From assembly GCA_034722055.1 (NCBI GenBank), contig JAYENL010000217.1, positions 1 to 28,269 of the forward strand: 28,269 nt of DNA, in the 5' to 3' direction. Under the pieces are notes generated by a model. It made no database searches and was not told where the DNA came from. It worked only from the letters and a program-made list of their open reading frames with translations. The translations under genes and the position numbers were made by a program. The DNA comes from Armatimonadota bacterium. GTDB taxonomy: Bacteria > Armatimonadota > Zipacnadia > Zipacnadales > UBA5352. Numbering within the stretch: the first letter of the stretch is position 1; the number at the start of each line of letters is the position of its first letter. Shown piece after piece: positions 8,073 to 18,400 of this stretch.

Positions 8073-11000
8073 ATGCGACACGCGTTATGGCTTACCGTCA
8101 TAGGCATTGCGGTCACAGGCTGGCATTGCGCGGCGCAGATCACCGAGCTGAAGCCGCTGTATCCCCGCACTGTGATCGCCACCGACGGCGAGGCCCGGGC
8201 CGTCATCGTTCGTCCCGCGGATCCGGCGTATCTCCCCGCTGTTGAGAGCCTGCAGGAGAGCATCCGGGAGAGCACTGGTGCGGAGGTTGGCGACGTGGTG
8301 CCACACGAGTTGGTGGCGCCGGACTGGGACCTCACGCTTGATGACCTCGATGCTTCGACACTGATCGCCCTGGGGAATGTCAACTGCAACCGCCTGCTGA
8401 CGGTGCTGTGGGGAGACGGCTACGTCTACGCTGATTCGATCTACCCGGGCATGGGGGGCTACGTCATCCGGACGGTGCACGATCCCTTCGCCAATGGCAT
8501 GAATGTGCTGGTGCTGGCCGGATCGGATGTGGCAGGAACCCAGCGAGCCGTGGACGAGTTCTGCGAGCGCTACGTCCAGCAGGCGAATCTTGTTCTGGAG
8601 GAGCCGGTGGTGGACGTGGAGATCGTCCCGGCGACGCAGGATTTCATACCGCCCCCGGAGACCACCCACCGGCAGCCGCAACTGCAGGACGCCGCCTACT
8701 GGCGGCAGGCGCTGCAGGAGCGGGGGCTGGCGGATGACGAGGGCAATATCATCGCCGCCGAGGAGGGGACCCTCTCGACGGTGACCGGCGCCATCGGCGC
8801 CATGGCGGAGTGCTTGCAGTGGACTGGCGACAGGGACCTGTTGCCGATGATGCGGGAGGTGCTGCACACAAACCGCCATCTGCTGGAGACCGTCGAGGAG
8901 CGGCTGTCGATGGTGGGTGGCTCCTCTGGAGACATCGAGGGGTGGGACGTGGTTGAGGAGTACCCAATCTGGACGGATGAGGATCGCCTCCTGATCACCA
9001 ACACCTTCTACACCGACGCCAAGGTCGGCCACGAGGAGCGCAGCGTACACAGGCTGGTCAAGGAGGGCTATGTGCAGGTCCTCGACGAGAACCATGCGAC
9101 GCACTCGGCCACGGAGAGCTTCGGCGACTGGCACTACTTCCAGAAGTACTACGACCTTCCCGAGGGCGACTACTGGATGGACGTGGTGCAGGCGACCTTC
9201 GACGGCCAGTGCTCCACCCATCAGATCCTCGAGGACTGCTCCACCTACCTTACTATCTGTCCCGACGACACCATGGACTACGCATTCGCGAGCCGGGACC
9301 TCAAGTACCTCGAGTTCGGGATCGCCCGGGGCCACGCCGAGTACATCAGTCAGTGTTCGGTCAACAACCTGGGCCTCAACACCGGCTTTGGCGACGGCGG
9401 CGGCCTGCTGATCCCGGGAGCCTACCAGGCCATCGCCAAGGCCGCCTGGTACTACCGCGACCCCTACCTGTCGTGGATCTACCGCCGCCTGCTCCCACAG
9501 GCCACCAGCCTGCGCAACTGGCAGCACGCCATACCACACGATCTGACCGTTGAGCCGCGGAGGCCCGATCACTGGCTGGGGATGACCGTTTTCCCGATCT
9601 TCAAGCAGACCCTGAGCAAGGGCGAGGGCTCCAAGCAGTTCATCGCCGATCCCCGAGAGAGCATCGGGCCGGAGTACTTCAACAAGATCGTGTTCCGGGA
9701 GGGCTGGAGTCCGGAGGATCAGTACCTGCTCTTCGACGGGGCCGGCAAGTGGTCGAGCCAGGGCGAGCCATACGGCCCGTCCGGGCACAAGCACAACGAC
9801 GTGAACACCATCATCAACTTCACCGACCGGGGACGCGTCTGGCTGGTGGACCACATCTACAATGTCCGCGACATCAAGGACCACAGCGGCCTGTTCATCA
9901 CTCGGGACGGTCGCGCCAGCTACCCGGAACACGAGGCCACGCTGCTGGACTTCGCCGAAGCTGGCGACCGGGCGCTCTGCCGCGCTCTGTATGAGGGCTT
10001 CTCGAACACGGATTGGGAGCGCACGATCTTCTGGCAGCGGGGCGACTGGTTCCTGGTGCTGGACCGGGCCATGGCGCAGGAGGAGGGCCACTTCATCATC
10101 CGCTGCTCGTGGCGGGGGCTGGGCCAGCCGGAGATCAGGGAGCAATCGCTTTACCTGAGGCAGGGCGACGACGTGTGCGAGGTTCGCAGCGACGGCGGCG
10201 CCTACCTGGACATGGACACGATAGATCTGCCCATGGACGAGCAGTGGGAGAAGTACACAGGGGCTGAGGCCGTCACCCGGATCTTCCAGCAGGACAAGTC
10301 CCATCGCATGGAGGCGGGCGAGGAGACGACCTTCACGAACCTCCTCCACACGGCCGGCTCGGCCGCGGACCTGGAGGAGACAGGCGTCGTTCACGTCTCA
10401 CCCACTGCTGCGATTGTCGAGATGCCCGACAGGCGGGTGCTGTGCGGGGTCGGCGACCTGCCGGGGATGGCGGCCGATGCCGGGAGCTGGATGGTGAGCG
10501 ACGACAGCGCTCTGCTCGCCGGGGTCACGCGCCTGGGGCCGGAGGAGCAGCCACTGCTGAGCTCGGAAACGCCGGTCATCGTGGCCTTTGGCCCTGACGG
10601 TTCGCCGCGCGTGCAGGTGGCCGAGACGGCCTCCATCACGCTGGCGGATGGCAGGCAGATGTCGCTGGATGCGGGCTGGCACCATCTCCCGGGCAGGCTG
10701 ACCGCCGGCCTGCGCCAGACGGTCTGCGACAGCGCACTTCCCGCCGCGGAGCAGTTGGCGGCCGCGTACGACCCTGCGGCCGCCGGCGACGGGATAGAGG
10801 CGCCGGCGCTGGAGACCGCCCGCCGCGAGCTGGGAATCCCGACCGCGAAGGTGATCGCACGCGATCTGAACGGGGATGGGGTCCAGGAGATGGTCGCTGT
10901 GGGTGAGCAGGGGGCGACCGCGATGAGCGCTGACGGAGAGACGCTGTGGCACTTCGGCACGGAGATGCCGTGCCGGGCGCTCGACATCGGTGACCTCGAC

Positions 11001-11963
11001 GGGGACGGCACGCCGGAGGTGGCGGTCGGCTGTGACGACCATAATCTGTATATGCTGGACGCCGACGGTTCGCGGCTATGGCAGTTCGAGGCGAAGCCGA
11101 CGAAGGGCGCGACCCTCCCCGGCCCTCCGGCCGTAGACTTCGTGGACATCGTTGATCTCGAGGGCGACGGCGATGGTGAGGTCGTGGTGGGCGCCAACTG
11201 GACACACTGCCTCGACGCTGGCGGGGAGATCCTCTGGGAGCACTACCTCAGGCTCTCCAGGGGCCGCATCTGCGGTGATTTCACGTGCGGCAACGTCGTG
11301 GACATCGACGGCGACGGCGACCAGGAGGTGGCCGCGCTCTACATCGACTCGTATCCCAAGGCCGTCATCTACAACCATGAGGGACAGGGCATCGTTCCTG
11401 AGGGCTGGACCTACATCGCCGGCAAGGGGCCCTACGGCCTCAACATCCCGAGGCCTCAGGCGCTTGAGGTTGCACGAATGGCGAAAGGGCGCTCGCCCAT
11501 CCTCGTTGCAGGCACCGAGAGCCACATTTTCATGCGCTGGTGTGGGGAACCTGCCCCGGGTGAGGTAGCCTTCCACCGCAGGGGCTCCTATGCGGCCCTG
11601 GTCAGCTACGTCCCCGAGGGTGAGGAAGAGGCCTGGGTTTACGCCGGCACGGATATGGGGGCGGTGATCGCCTACCACGAGGACGAGACACGGGAGGACG
11701 AGCGGCTTGACGCCGGAGGCTGGACACAGATCGTGGGCCGCAAGGTCATGAGCCTGTGGGCCGGGGATCTGGACGGCGACGGTGATGGCGAGGTGCTGGC
11801 CGGCACAACGGACGGCGCGCTGCACCTGCTGGATGCTGCCAGTGGCGATCTGGTGGGGAAGACCGAGCCCACAGGATCGGCCGTCGTCGGCTTTGCCGTG
11901 ACGCCCGACGGCGTGGCGGCTGTGCACGCGGACGGGCTACTGGAGTTCCCGAAGGCCAATTGA
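8073..11963 (+). CDS. Large secreted protein (1296 aa): heparinase II/III-like polysaccharide-lyase-type core plus C-terminal FG-GAP/DxDGDG beta-propeller
   Basis: GAGGAAG RBS, signal-peptide-like N-terminus MRHALWLTVIGIAVTGWHCAA. DENH, ED.xxY, GFGD and GHKHNDVN...WLVD motifs. Repeated D(L/I)(N/D/E)GDG..E motifs in the last ~370 aa. Confidence 0.75.
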   Translation: MRHALWLTVIGIAVTGWHCAAQITELKPLYPRTVIATDGEARAVIVRPADPAYLPAVESLQESIRESTGAEVGDVVPHELVAPDWDLTLDDLDASTLIALGNVNCNRLLTVLWGDGYVYADSIYPGMGGYVIRTVHDPFANGMNVLVLAGSDVAGTQRAVDEFCERYVQQANLVLEEPVVDVEIVPATQDFIPPPETTHRQPQLQDAAYWRQALQERGLADDEGNIIAAEEGTLSTVTGAIGAMAECLQWTGDRDLLPMMREVLHTNRHLLETVEERLSMVGGSSGDIEGWDVVEEYPIWTDEDRLLITNTFYTDAKVGHEERSVHRLVKEGYVQVLDENHATHSATESFGDWHYFQKYYDLPEGDYWMDVVQATFDGQCSTHQILEDCSTYLTICPDDTMDYAFASRDLKYLEFGIARGHAEYISQCSVNNLGLNTGFGDGGGLLIPGAYQAIAKAAWYYRDPYLSWIYRRLLPQATSLRNWQHAIPHDLTVEPRRPDHWLGMTVFPIFKQTLSKGEGSKQFIADPRESIGPEYFNKIVFREGWSPEDQYLLFDGAGKWSSQGEPYGPSGHKHNDVNTIINFTDRGRVWLVDHIYNVRDIKDHSGLFITRDGRASYPEHEATLLDFAEAGDRALCRALYEGFSNTDWERTIFWQRGDWFLVLDRAMAQEEGHFIIRCSWRGLGQPEIREQSLYLRQGDDVCEVRSDGGAYLDMDTIDLPMDEQWEKYTGAEAVTRIFQQDKSHRMEAGEETTFTNLLHTAGSAADLEETGVVHVSPTAAIVEMPDRRVLCGVGDLPGMAADAGSWMVSDDSALLAGVTRLGPEEQPLLSSETPVIVAFGPDGSPRVQVAETASITLADGRQMSLDAGWHHLPGRLTAGLRQTVCDSALPAAEQLAAAYDPAAAGDGIEAPALETARRELGIPTAKVIARDLNGDGVQEMVAVGEQGATAMSADGETLWHFGTEMPCRALDIGDLDGDGTPEVAVGCDDHNLYMLDADGSRLWQFEAKPTKGATLPGPPAVDFVDIVDLEGDGDGEVVVGANWTHCLDAGGEILWEHYLRLSRGRICGDFTCGNVVDIDGDGDQEVAALYIDSYPKAVIYNHEGQGIVPEGWTYIAGKGPYGLNIPRPQALEVARMAKGRSPILVAGTESHIFMRWCGEPAPGEVAFHRRGSYAALVSYVPEGEEEAWVYAGTDMGAVIAYHEDETREDERLDAGGWTQIVGRKVMSLWAGDLDGDGDGEVLAGTTDGALHLLDAASGDLVGKTEPTGSAVVGFAVTPDGVAAVHADGLLEFPKAN

Positions 11964-12030
11964 GCCGCTGGCCTCCAGCCTGTCGTGTTGGGCGCCCGCG
12001 GCGCTGTCGCGTGGGATGCTCAGGAGCCTG

Positions 12031-12057
12031 CGCGGGCCGGGCGTAACCCGGCCCGCG
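12031..12057 (+). terminator. Perfect 11-bp GC hairpin downstream of the large secreted protein gene
   Basis: CGCGGGCCGGG-CGTAA-CCCGGCCCGCG. No U-tract, so it may be a REP or stabilising hairpin. Confidence 0.5.
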
Positions 12058-12069
12058 ATCTCGTCAGCC

Positions 12070-12501
12070 CCGGCGGGCGGCTTCGAGCGGATGGCCGGCT
12101 GGGGCTCGGGCCTGGCGATCCAGGAGTACACAGCGCTGACGAGCTACGCCTCCGCGCATGCGATGCCCGATCCGCAGCGCGTCGGGGCGACCGTCGTAGG
12201 GTTCCTGACCGTGATGCTGCTCTCTATCGTGCGCATGCACTTGCTGCGCTTCCCGCTGCATCCATTGGGCTTCGCGATGGGCACGATAACCACTGGAGTG
12301 GCCCTCTGGGGGCCGTTCTTCACGGTATGGGCGGTCAAGAGCCTGATACTGCGGATCTGGGGGCGTAGCGTGTACCGGACGCTGGTTCCGGCCTTCCTCG
12401 GTCTGGCGATCGGCCACTACTTCACGGCAGGGGTGGTCTGGAGCCTGCTGGGGAGCATCGGGGAGAGCTTCTTCGGCAGATACTTCGTCTGGTTCGGGTG
12501 A
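12070..12501 (+). pseudogene. C-terminal remnant (DUF6784-like) of a DUF6785/DUF6784 multi-pass membrane protein
   Basis: FPLHPLGFAM, WGPFFTVWAVKSLILRIWG..VYRTLVPAFLGLAIGHYF match the C-terminus of that family. The large N-terminal part is absent, and the 12016 ATG region is occupied by a non-coding hairpin. Confidence 0.65.
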
Positions 12502-12570
12502 AGGCCGCAGGGCGAGTGTCACTCGTGACTTGCGGCGAAGGACGCCGCGGCTGAGCTCAGCCGTCGCCGT

Positions 12571-13587
12571 TCACTTCTCCCGACCCGCAGTGGAGGCGCG
12601 GATCTTGAGTGCCGGATGCAGGCCGATGCGGCACCAGGGCTCGTCGTTGCCGTCCAAGCGGTCCTGCAGCACCGACAGGCTCAGGGAGCAGAGCTGCTCG
12701 ATGGGGTGAGTCACCGTGGTGAGGGGAGGGTCGTGGAACTCGGTCCACGGCTCGTCGTCGTATCCGGCAATGCAGATGTCGTCGGGTATGGTGCGTCCGG
12801 TCTCGCGGATAGCCTTAATAACGCCCATGGCATTCAGATCCGAATAGCAGAAGATGCCCTCGATCTCGGGATGGTCGTCGAGAAGACCCAGCGTGACCTG
12901 GTAGGCCTCCCGGGGCGGCTCAGCGGTACTCAGCCAGCCGATGATCTCCCGATCGATGCCTCGCTCAGAGAGAGCGCGGCGGTATCCCTGCAGGCGTCCC
13001 CCCGAACTGCCGCCGACCATCGCTACGTTCTCGCCAGCGCAGTCGATGAGGTGGCGGCAGGCCAGGTAGGAGCCGTAGGCGCGATCGACGGTGATGGCGT
13101 CGCAGGGGACGTCCGGCGGGAGCTGCTTCTGGTAGTCCACCGCAATGACGTGGGTCTCCCGCTCATGCAGCTCCGAGCAGATCTCTTCGAACTCGCTGTC
13201 GTCACCCCACTCCGGAGACAGCCACACGATCGCCCTCGGCTTCGTCAGGAGCAGCAGGTCGATGGCGGCACGGGGATCGTCGAACAGCCTGATATCGGCC
13301 GTGAGGAGGGGGTGCCCGGTGCGACGCAGCGTCTGCTGCAGGCGCGCTGTCTTCCGAGCGTTCATCAGGTAGAAGGACCGCGGCGCCACCAGAATAACCA
13401 TCGGGGACTTGCCGGACTGCAGGACGCGAGCATACAGATCGGGGCGGTAGTTGAGCTCGTCCGCGACCTCGATGATCCGCTGCCGGGTGTCATCAGAGAC
13501 CCGCACGGGCTTGTCGTTCAGCACCCGGGAGACGATAGATGGCGTTACACCGACCTTCTCGGCGACCTCCCGCAGCGTGACGCTCAT
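12571..13587 (-). CDS. LacI-family transcriptional regulator
   Basis: VTLREVAEKVGVTPSIVSRVLN HTH, YRPDLYARVL hinge, GIFCYSDLNAMGV, IPDDICIAGYDD, PPLTTV. GGAATGAG upstream. Confidence 0.95.
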   Translation of the reverse strand: MSVTLREVAEKVGVTPSIVSRVLNDKPVRVSDDTRQRIIEVADELNYRPDLYARVLQSGKSPMVILVAPRSFYLMNARKTARLQQTLRRTGHPLLTADIRLFDDPRAAIDLLLLTKPRAIVWLSPEWGDDSEFEEICSELHERETHVIAVDYQKQLPPDVPCDAITVDRAYGSYLACRHLIDCAGENVAMVGGSSGGRLQGYRRALSERGIDREIIGWLSTAEPPREAYQVTLGLLDDHPEIEGIFCYSDLNAMGVIKAIRETGRTIPDDICIAGYDDEPWTEFHDPPLTTVTHPIEQLCSLSLSVLQDRLDGNDEPWCRIGLHPALKIRASTAGREK

Positions 13588-13701
13588 GCGCTCATTCCTT
13601 CCAGTCTGCTGCCTCCGGCGTCAATCGTTTTTGCGGGACCAGAACTTCGGATTGCTCCACCCGCGTCCTCAGCCAGTGTTGCCTCCAGAGTATGTCTTTT
13701 A

Positions 13702-13730
13702 ATCATACACGAAAGGGCGCAGCATGTCCA
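13702..13730 (-). promoter_or_regulatory. Putative sigma70 promoter of the LacI gene
   Basis: Minus strand TGGACA (13725-13730) - 17 nt - TATGAT (13702-13707), in an AT-rich island of GC-rich DNA. Confidence 0.55.
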
Positions 13731-13766
13731 ATGAAGGAATGAGGTCCGGATTGGGCGAAGTGGTAT

Positions 13767-13782
13767 GAGAAAACGGTTTCTC
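13767..13782. promoter_or_regulatory. Putative LacI-family operator
   Basis: GAGAAAACGGTTTCTC, 14/16 palindromic with central CG and flanking A/T runs, as in LacI/GalR/CcpA operators. Lies in the divergent lacI/beta-helix intergenic region. Confidence 0.65.
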
Positions 13783-13884
13783 CGCCCCGCGCACGGACAG
13801 CCGCAGTTACCTCCCAGAGGGGCAGAGCCGTGGGCGTCACAGCTCTGGTCTGCCCGAGCGGCTCGTCAGATAGGAGCAGGCAGA

Positions 13885-15183
13885 ATGAGCATTGATTGGA
13901 CGCACCAGTGGCTTGTCGGTCTGACCGCGATGTGCCTGGCGATGCTCGCGACGCCGGCGGCGCCGCAGCAGAGCTTCTACGTCTCGGCTGATGGCAGCGA
14001 TGACAATCCCGGGACCGAGCAGGAGCCGTTACGGACGGTGGCTGCCGCACTGCAGGCGGTGGCCGACGGTGGCGCCATCGAGGTGGGGCCGGGGCACTTC
14101 GATCTGGAGGGCCTCAGCGTCGATCTGAGTGCGCCGACGAGTATCTCCGGCGCGGGCAGGGATGCTACGACGCTCTTAGACCCCGGAACGATCAGGTTCA
14201 CTGACAGTCTCACGGTGCGCGATCTGACCTTCTCCGGTGGCGAGGGGATCGTGCTGAAGCCGGATTCGCCGGAGGGCAATGTCCTCGACGGTGTGATGAT
14301 CGAGCGGTGCAGGTTCGAGGACTGCATCACGGCAATCAGCACCCATAAGGACCCCGTGGGCGTCATCACGAACGTGACTATTCGCGACTGTCGGTTCGAG
14401 CGCGTCAGGACCGGTATCGCGATCATCTACGGCGAGATCTCCTGCGTCCACGTGCTCAGCAACACCTTCCAGGACATCGGCCATGAGGAGGGCGGCGCGT
14501 CCTGTGTCGTGATCGGCAGCAATGCCACGCGCGAGACCACCAGGGACGTGGCGGTTCAGGGCAACCTGATGGACACCATCTTCGGCTCCACCGAGGTGAT
14601 CGACGGCGCGGGACACGAGGTGCACGGGATACTGGCCTATGGCACCGACCTGGCCATCATTGGCAACACCGTGCGGAATCTGAACACCGGCCAAGACCAT
14701 GAGGCGATCTACATGAAGGCCCGCCATTCCGTGATCGCCAACAACCTGGTCGTGAACTGCGGCTCTGGCGCCGGAGGGGGCGACATCTCATCCAAGGGCG
14801 GCGAGACCTCCATGGGCAACGTCATCTGCGGAAACACCGTCAGAAGCGATGAGCCTGGGCGGGGCATCTTCGTGAACGGCGGAACCGTGGTCGCCGGCAA
14901 CTGGGTCAAGAAGCCCAACGGATTTAACGGCATTGACGTCTACCCGCTCGGCTGGCCCGCGACGATAACGGGCAATCACGTTGAGACGGGCTTCGGGGCA
15001 GCGATCTACGTCAATGGCGGCGACGGCGGCGGCCGTCCCTACGAGTGGCCTGAGGAGGGATCGGTTGTGGTGACCGACAACATCGCCATCTGCCACGACG
15101 GCATCCCGCTGAAGCTCCGGTATCTGGCGGACTCCATCGTCAGCGGCAATGAGACCGGCAACGGATCGCCTGAACAGGAGTGA
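13885..15183 (+). CDS. Secreted right-handed parallel beta-helix protein (pectate-lyase-like fold, DUF1565-type N-terminus)
   Basis: AGGAG RBS. Signal peptide ...LVGLTAMCLAMLATPAA. FYVSADGSDDNPGTEQEPLRTVAAAL N-terminus. Repeated I.xN/xxCRF/GNxV beta-helix coils. HEAIYMK motif. Confidence 0.85.
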   Translation: MSIDWTHQWLVGLTAMCLAMLATPAAPQQSFYVSADGSDDNPGTEQEPLRTVAAALQAVADGGAIEVGPGHFDLEGLSVDLSAPTSISGAGRDATTLLDPGTIRFTDSLTVRDLTFSGGEGIVLKPDSPEGNVLDGVMIERCRFEDCITAISTHKDPVGVITNVTIRDCRFERVRTGIAIIYGEISCVHVLSNTFQDIGHEEGGASCVVIGSNATRETTRDVAVQGNLMDTIFGSTEVIDGAGHEVHGILAYGTDLAIIGNTVRNLNTGQDHEAIYMKARHSVIANNLVVNCGSGAGGGDISSKGGETSMGNVICGNTVRSDEPGRGIFVNGGTVVAGNWVKKPNGFNGIDVYPLGWPATITGNHVETGFGAAIYVNGGDGGGRPYEWPEEGSVVVTDNIAICHDGIPLKLRYLADSIVSGNETGNGSPEQE

Positions 15184-15449
15184 GCGTCGTGATGCGAACC
15201 CCGTGGACGCGGGTCATCGGCGAGAAGCTCACTGTCCTGCAGACTGCAGACATCGGGGGAGACGAGCAGAGCGAACTGCTGGCAGGGACGAAGAGCGGGG
15301 CCGTCCATGTGCTGAATGTGCGGTCAGGCGAGCCACTGGCCAGGGTGAGTCCGGCGGATTCGCCGGTGCAGCAGATACTGTCCGGTGGGGAGGGCGCGCT
15401 CGTGGTGCACGCAGACGGCGAGGTGCGAGAGATCCGGCTGGCCCCCTGA
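15180..15449 (+). pseudogene. C-terminal ~85-aa fragment of a third paralogue of the large lyase-like/propeller protein
   Basis: WTRVIGEKLTVLQTADIGGDEQSELLAGTKSGAVHVL...SPV...LVVHADG aligns with the C-terminus of 8073..11963 (WTQIVGRKVMSLWAGDLDGDGDGEVLAGTTDGALHLL...SAV...AAVHADG). Confidence 0.75.
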
Positions 15450-15496
15450 CACCATCGCCCGTCTGCGACTATGCTCATACAGAGGAGTTGCTGACA

Positions 15497-18400
15497 GTGA
15501 AGAGGCTCACCGCCGTGACCGCAGTTGCGCTCATCACATGTGCGGGCGCCATGGGTGCGCCCCGCTATCTCATCGACGCCAGGGGCTGGGACGGAGAGCA
15601 GCAGGCCCGCTTCGTGGTGCGGATGATGCCCGAGCTGGTCGCGGATGATGCCTGGAGCGGGCGAGTGACCGTGGAGGGCGGGGAGCTGCTCGAGCTCCGC
15701 GCGCGCTCCCGCGAGGGCAGGCGCGAGGCCGAGGGCGTCACCGTGGACGGCGCCGGCTTCGACGTGGCCGGCGGCGCGCCCATGCACGACGTGGTGGTGG
15801 AGCTTGAGGGCGGCGCCGACACGCGCATCGGGGTGGAGCTGCCGACGGGCAGCAGCTCCGCGACTGTGGACGAGCTGCACGAGGATGACCGCCAGCTTGG
15901 CGCCGGCGGTACACCGGTCCGCATGATGCTGACCTTCATCTACCCCGGCGAGCCGCAGCCGATCGCCGAGCTCAAGCGCCTCTATCCGCGGACGGAGCTG
16001 GTGGTGGACGGGCAGGCGAGGTACGTAATCGCGGCCGGGGACGAGGGCCAGTTCTCTGAGGATGCCCGGCGGCTGGCAAGGGCGATAGGGCGACTGGGGG
16101 CCGCGCCTGAGATCGTCGCGCCCGGCGACCTCCTTGACGAGGATCTCCTGCCGTCCGATGCGCTCTCGCGGACGCACGTCATCGCGCTGGGCTACGTGGG
16201 CAGCAATCGGATCATCGATGCGCTGTGGGGCCGGCAGTATGCGCGCGCGGGGTTGCTCTATCCCGGCCCGGGCGGCTATGTGGTCCGCACGGCTCACGAT
16301 CCCTTTGGGCTGGGCCACAACGTGGTCGTGCTGGGGGGAAGCAATGCCGCGGGCGTCTCGAAGGCCGTGGACCGCTTCATTGAGACGCATGTGGCGGCTG
16401 CCGAGGAGGACCTGGTGCTCGACAAGCCCATCGTGGACGTGGAGTATCACTGGACGGAGCTGCCCAGCGTTCCGGACTGGGAGTGGGAGAAGCGCATGCC
16501 GCAGGTGCGGTCGGAGGAGTACCTGCGGGAGTACTGCGTCAACGCCGGGGTCATGAACCAGGCCGGCGAGATCGTGACGGTGGAGGCCGAGCCCGCCGCG
16601 GCGGTGCAGACGGTCATCGGCTGCCTCGGCGTCTTCGCTGAGACGTGGTTCCACCTCGGCGATAAGACGCTCCCGCCGAGGATGGCGCAGATGCTGGAGA
16701 GGAACCTGGAGGCATTCGAGACCTCCCGGGACATGAGCCGCGAGCACAGCATGAGTGCGGGGATCACCGCCTTTGCGCCCACATGGGACCTGATCGAGGA
16801 GTTGCCTGTCTTCAGCGATCGCATGAGGCTCGCGGTCACCAACGCCCTCCTCAGTGCCGCCCGCCAGGGCCACGAACAGCGGGCGATGCACACGCTCATC
16901 CGCGAGGGCTGCCGGCAGATTCACGACGAGAACCATGGCACCAACTCCGCGCTGCAGGACTTCCGGGTCTGGCAGTACTTCGATCGCTACTACGACCTGC
17001 CGGAGACGCGCTACTGGATGGAGATGTGCGATGCGCTGTTCCGCGGACAGGCGGGCAGCTTCCAGATCCCCGAGGATGCCGCCGGGTACATGGCCTACTG
17101 CCCGAACCACTCGATGACCTTCGCGAAGGCCCGGCCGTACATGGACTACTTCCGCCGCGGCGTCGCCGCCGAGCATGCCGACTACTTCCTGCTGGCGGCG
17201 GTCAGTAATCTGGGGCTATACACCGGCTTCGGCGACACCACCGGCCTGGTGCCCGTCGCGCACTTCCCGGTCTTCATGCACGCGCTGTGGGCCACTGGGG
17301 ACGGCCGCTACCGATGGGTCCTCGACAACCTGCTGCACCGCAACTCCGGGCTTCGGGCCTACCAGAGCTGGTACGCCATCGCGCCCGATGTCCCCGCCGA
17401 GGAGCCGGTGGACCTGACCGGCATCTGCGTGCAGCCGATCTACCCCCGGCCCGTTGACAAGGGCGCGGGGCGGCTGGATCCGGTGTATCTGTCGCGGGAG
17501 CCCTACGATGACGGGCGGTTCAACAAGATATGCCTGCGCGAGGCCTGGGGCGCCGACCGCCAGTATATGCTCCTCAGTGGCATGAAGCGAGACGGGCACA
17601 CCCAGATGGATGTCAACTGTGTGGTGAACCTCACCGATAACGGGAAGATGTGGCTGGTTGACCACGAGTACGGCCGCAGAGCGGCGCAGGATCACAGTGG
17701 GCTCGTCGCCATGCAGGATGGGCAGTACCGCTCGCCCGCGGCCCAGGCCTACGTCCGTGAGGCGGCCGACTTCGACCGCTCCGGCCTGCTGCGGACCGAG
17801 GTCCGGCTGGGGGACCTGCAGTGGCGCCGCAACGTCATCTGGCTCAAGGGCGAGTGGTTCGCGGTGCTCGACGACCTGCAGGCTGGCGCGCCGGCGGAGT
17901 ACTTCCTCCGGGCGTCGTGGCGCGGCGTCGGTGACGAGGAGCCGATGCCGGATGGGCTGCGCCTCCGGCTCCTTCGAGGCTGGTGAGATCGCCTTCGTCG
18001 GCGAGATGGCCCTGATCGGACTGCGGACTCTCACCGTGGCCGCCGCGACGGAGCTGGCGCTCGCAGGCGAGACGCTCTTGAGCGCCGAACGGCCGGTCAG
18101 CGTGCAGGTCGATCCCGCCGCCGGCATCATGTCCGTTGACTGCAGTGACGGACCGGTGCGGCTCACGTGGATGGGCGAGACGCTCGGCTTCGAGGCAGGG
18201 AGCATCCGCACAGCCGAGGTCTCGGCCGCCGCGCGGCAGGAGCTCTCGGCGCAGGGCGCTTCTGTGGCTGACCGGGCGCTGACAGCGCGACGCCGTCTCC
18301 TCGCCCAGCAGCCCCAGCCTGAGTACAAGGGCGCCGAGGTCGTTCAGCACATGGAGCTGGAACAGACCGTGACGCACCTGGTGGCCGCCGGAGACGGGCT

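Noticed and set aside
8085..10394. Long antisense ORFs (769 aa here; also 2810-4510, 4735-5964, 12616-13734, 15140-17176, 19375-21159, 26519-27757)
   Set aside because: They are shadow frames opposite well-supported genes in high-GC DNA, with no recognisable motifs and compositions expected from antisense GC3-biased codons.
12016..12069. ATG 12016 as the true start of a 161-aa membrane protein
   Set aside because: No RBS, and the first codons run through a perfect non-coding hairpin. Family similarity only starts around 12070.
17960..17986. Programmed ribosomal frameshift joining the two halves of paralogue 2
   Set aside because: No slippery sequence, and about 97 aa present in paralogue 1 are missing, which fits a deletion.
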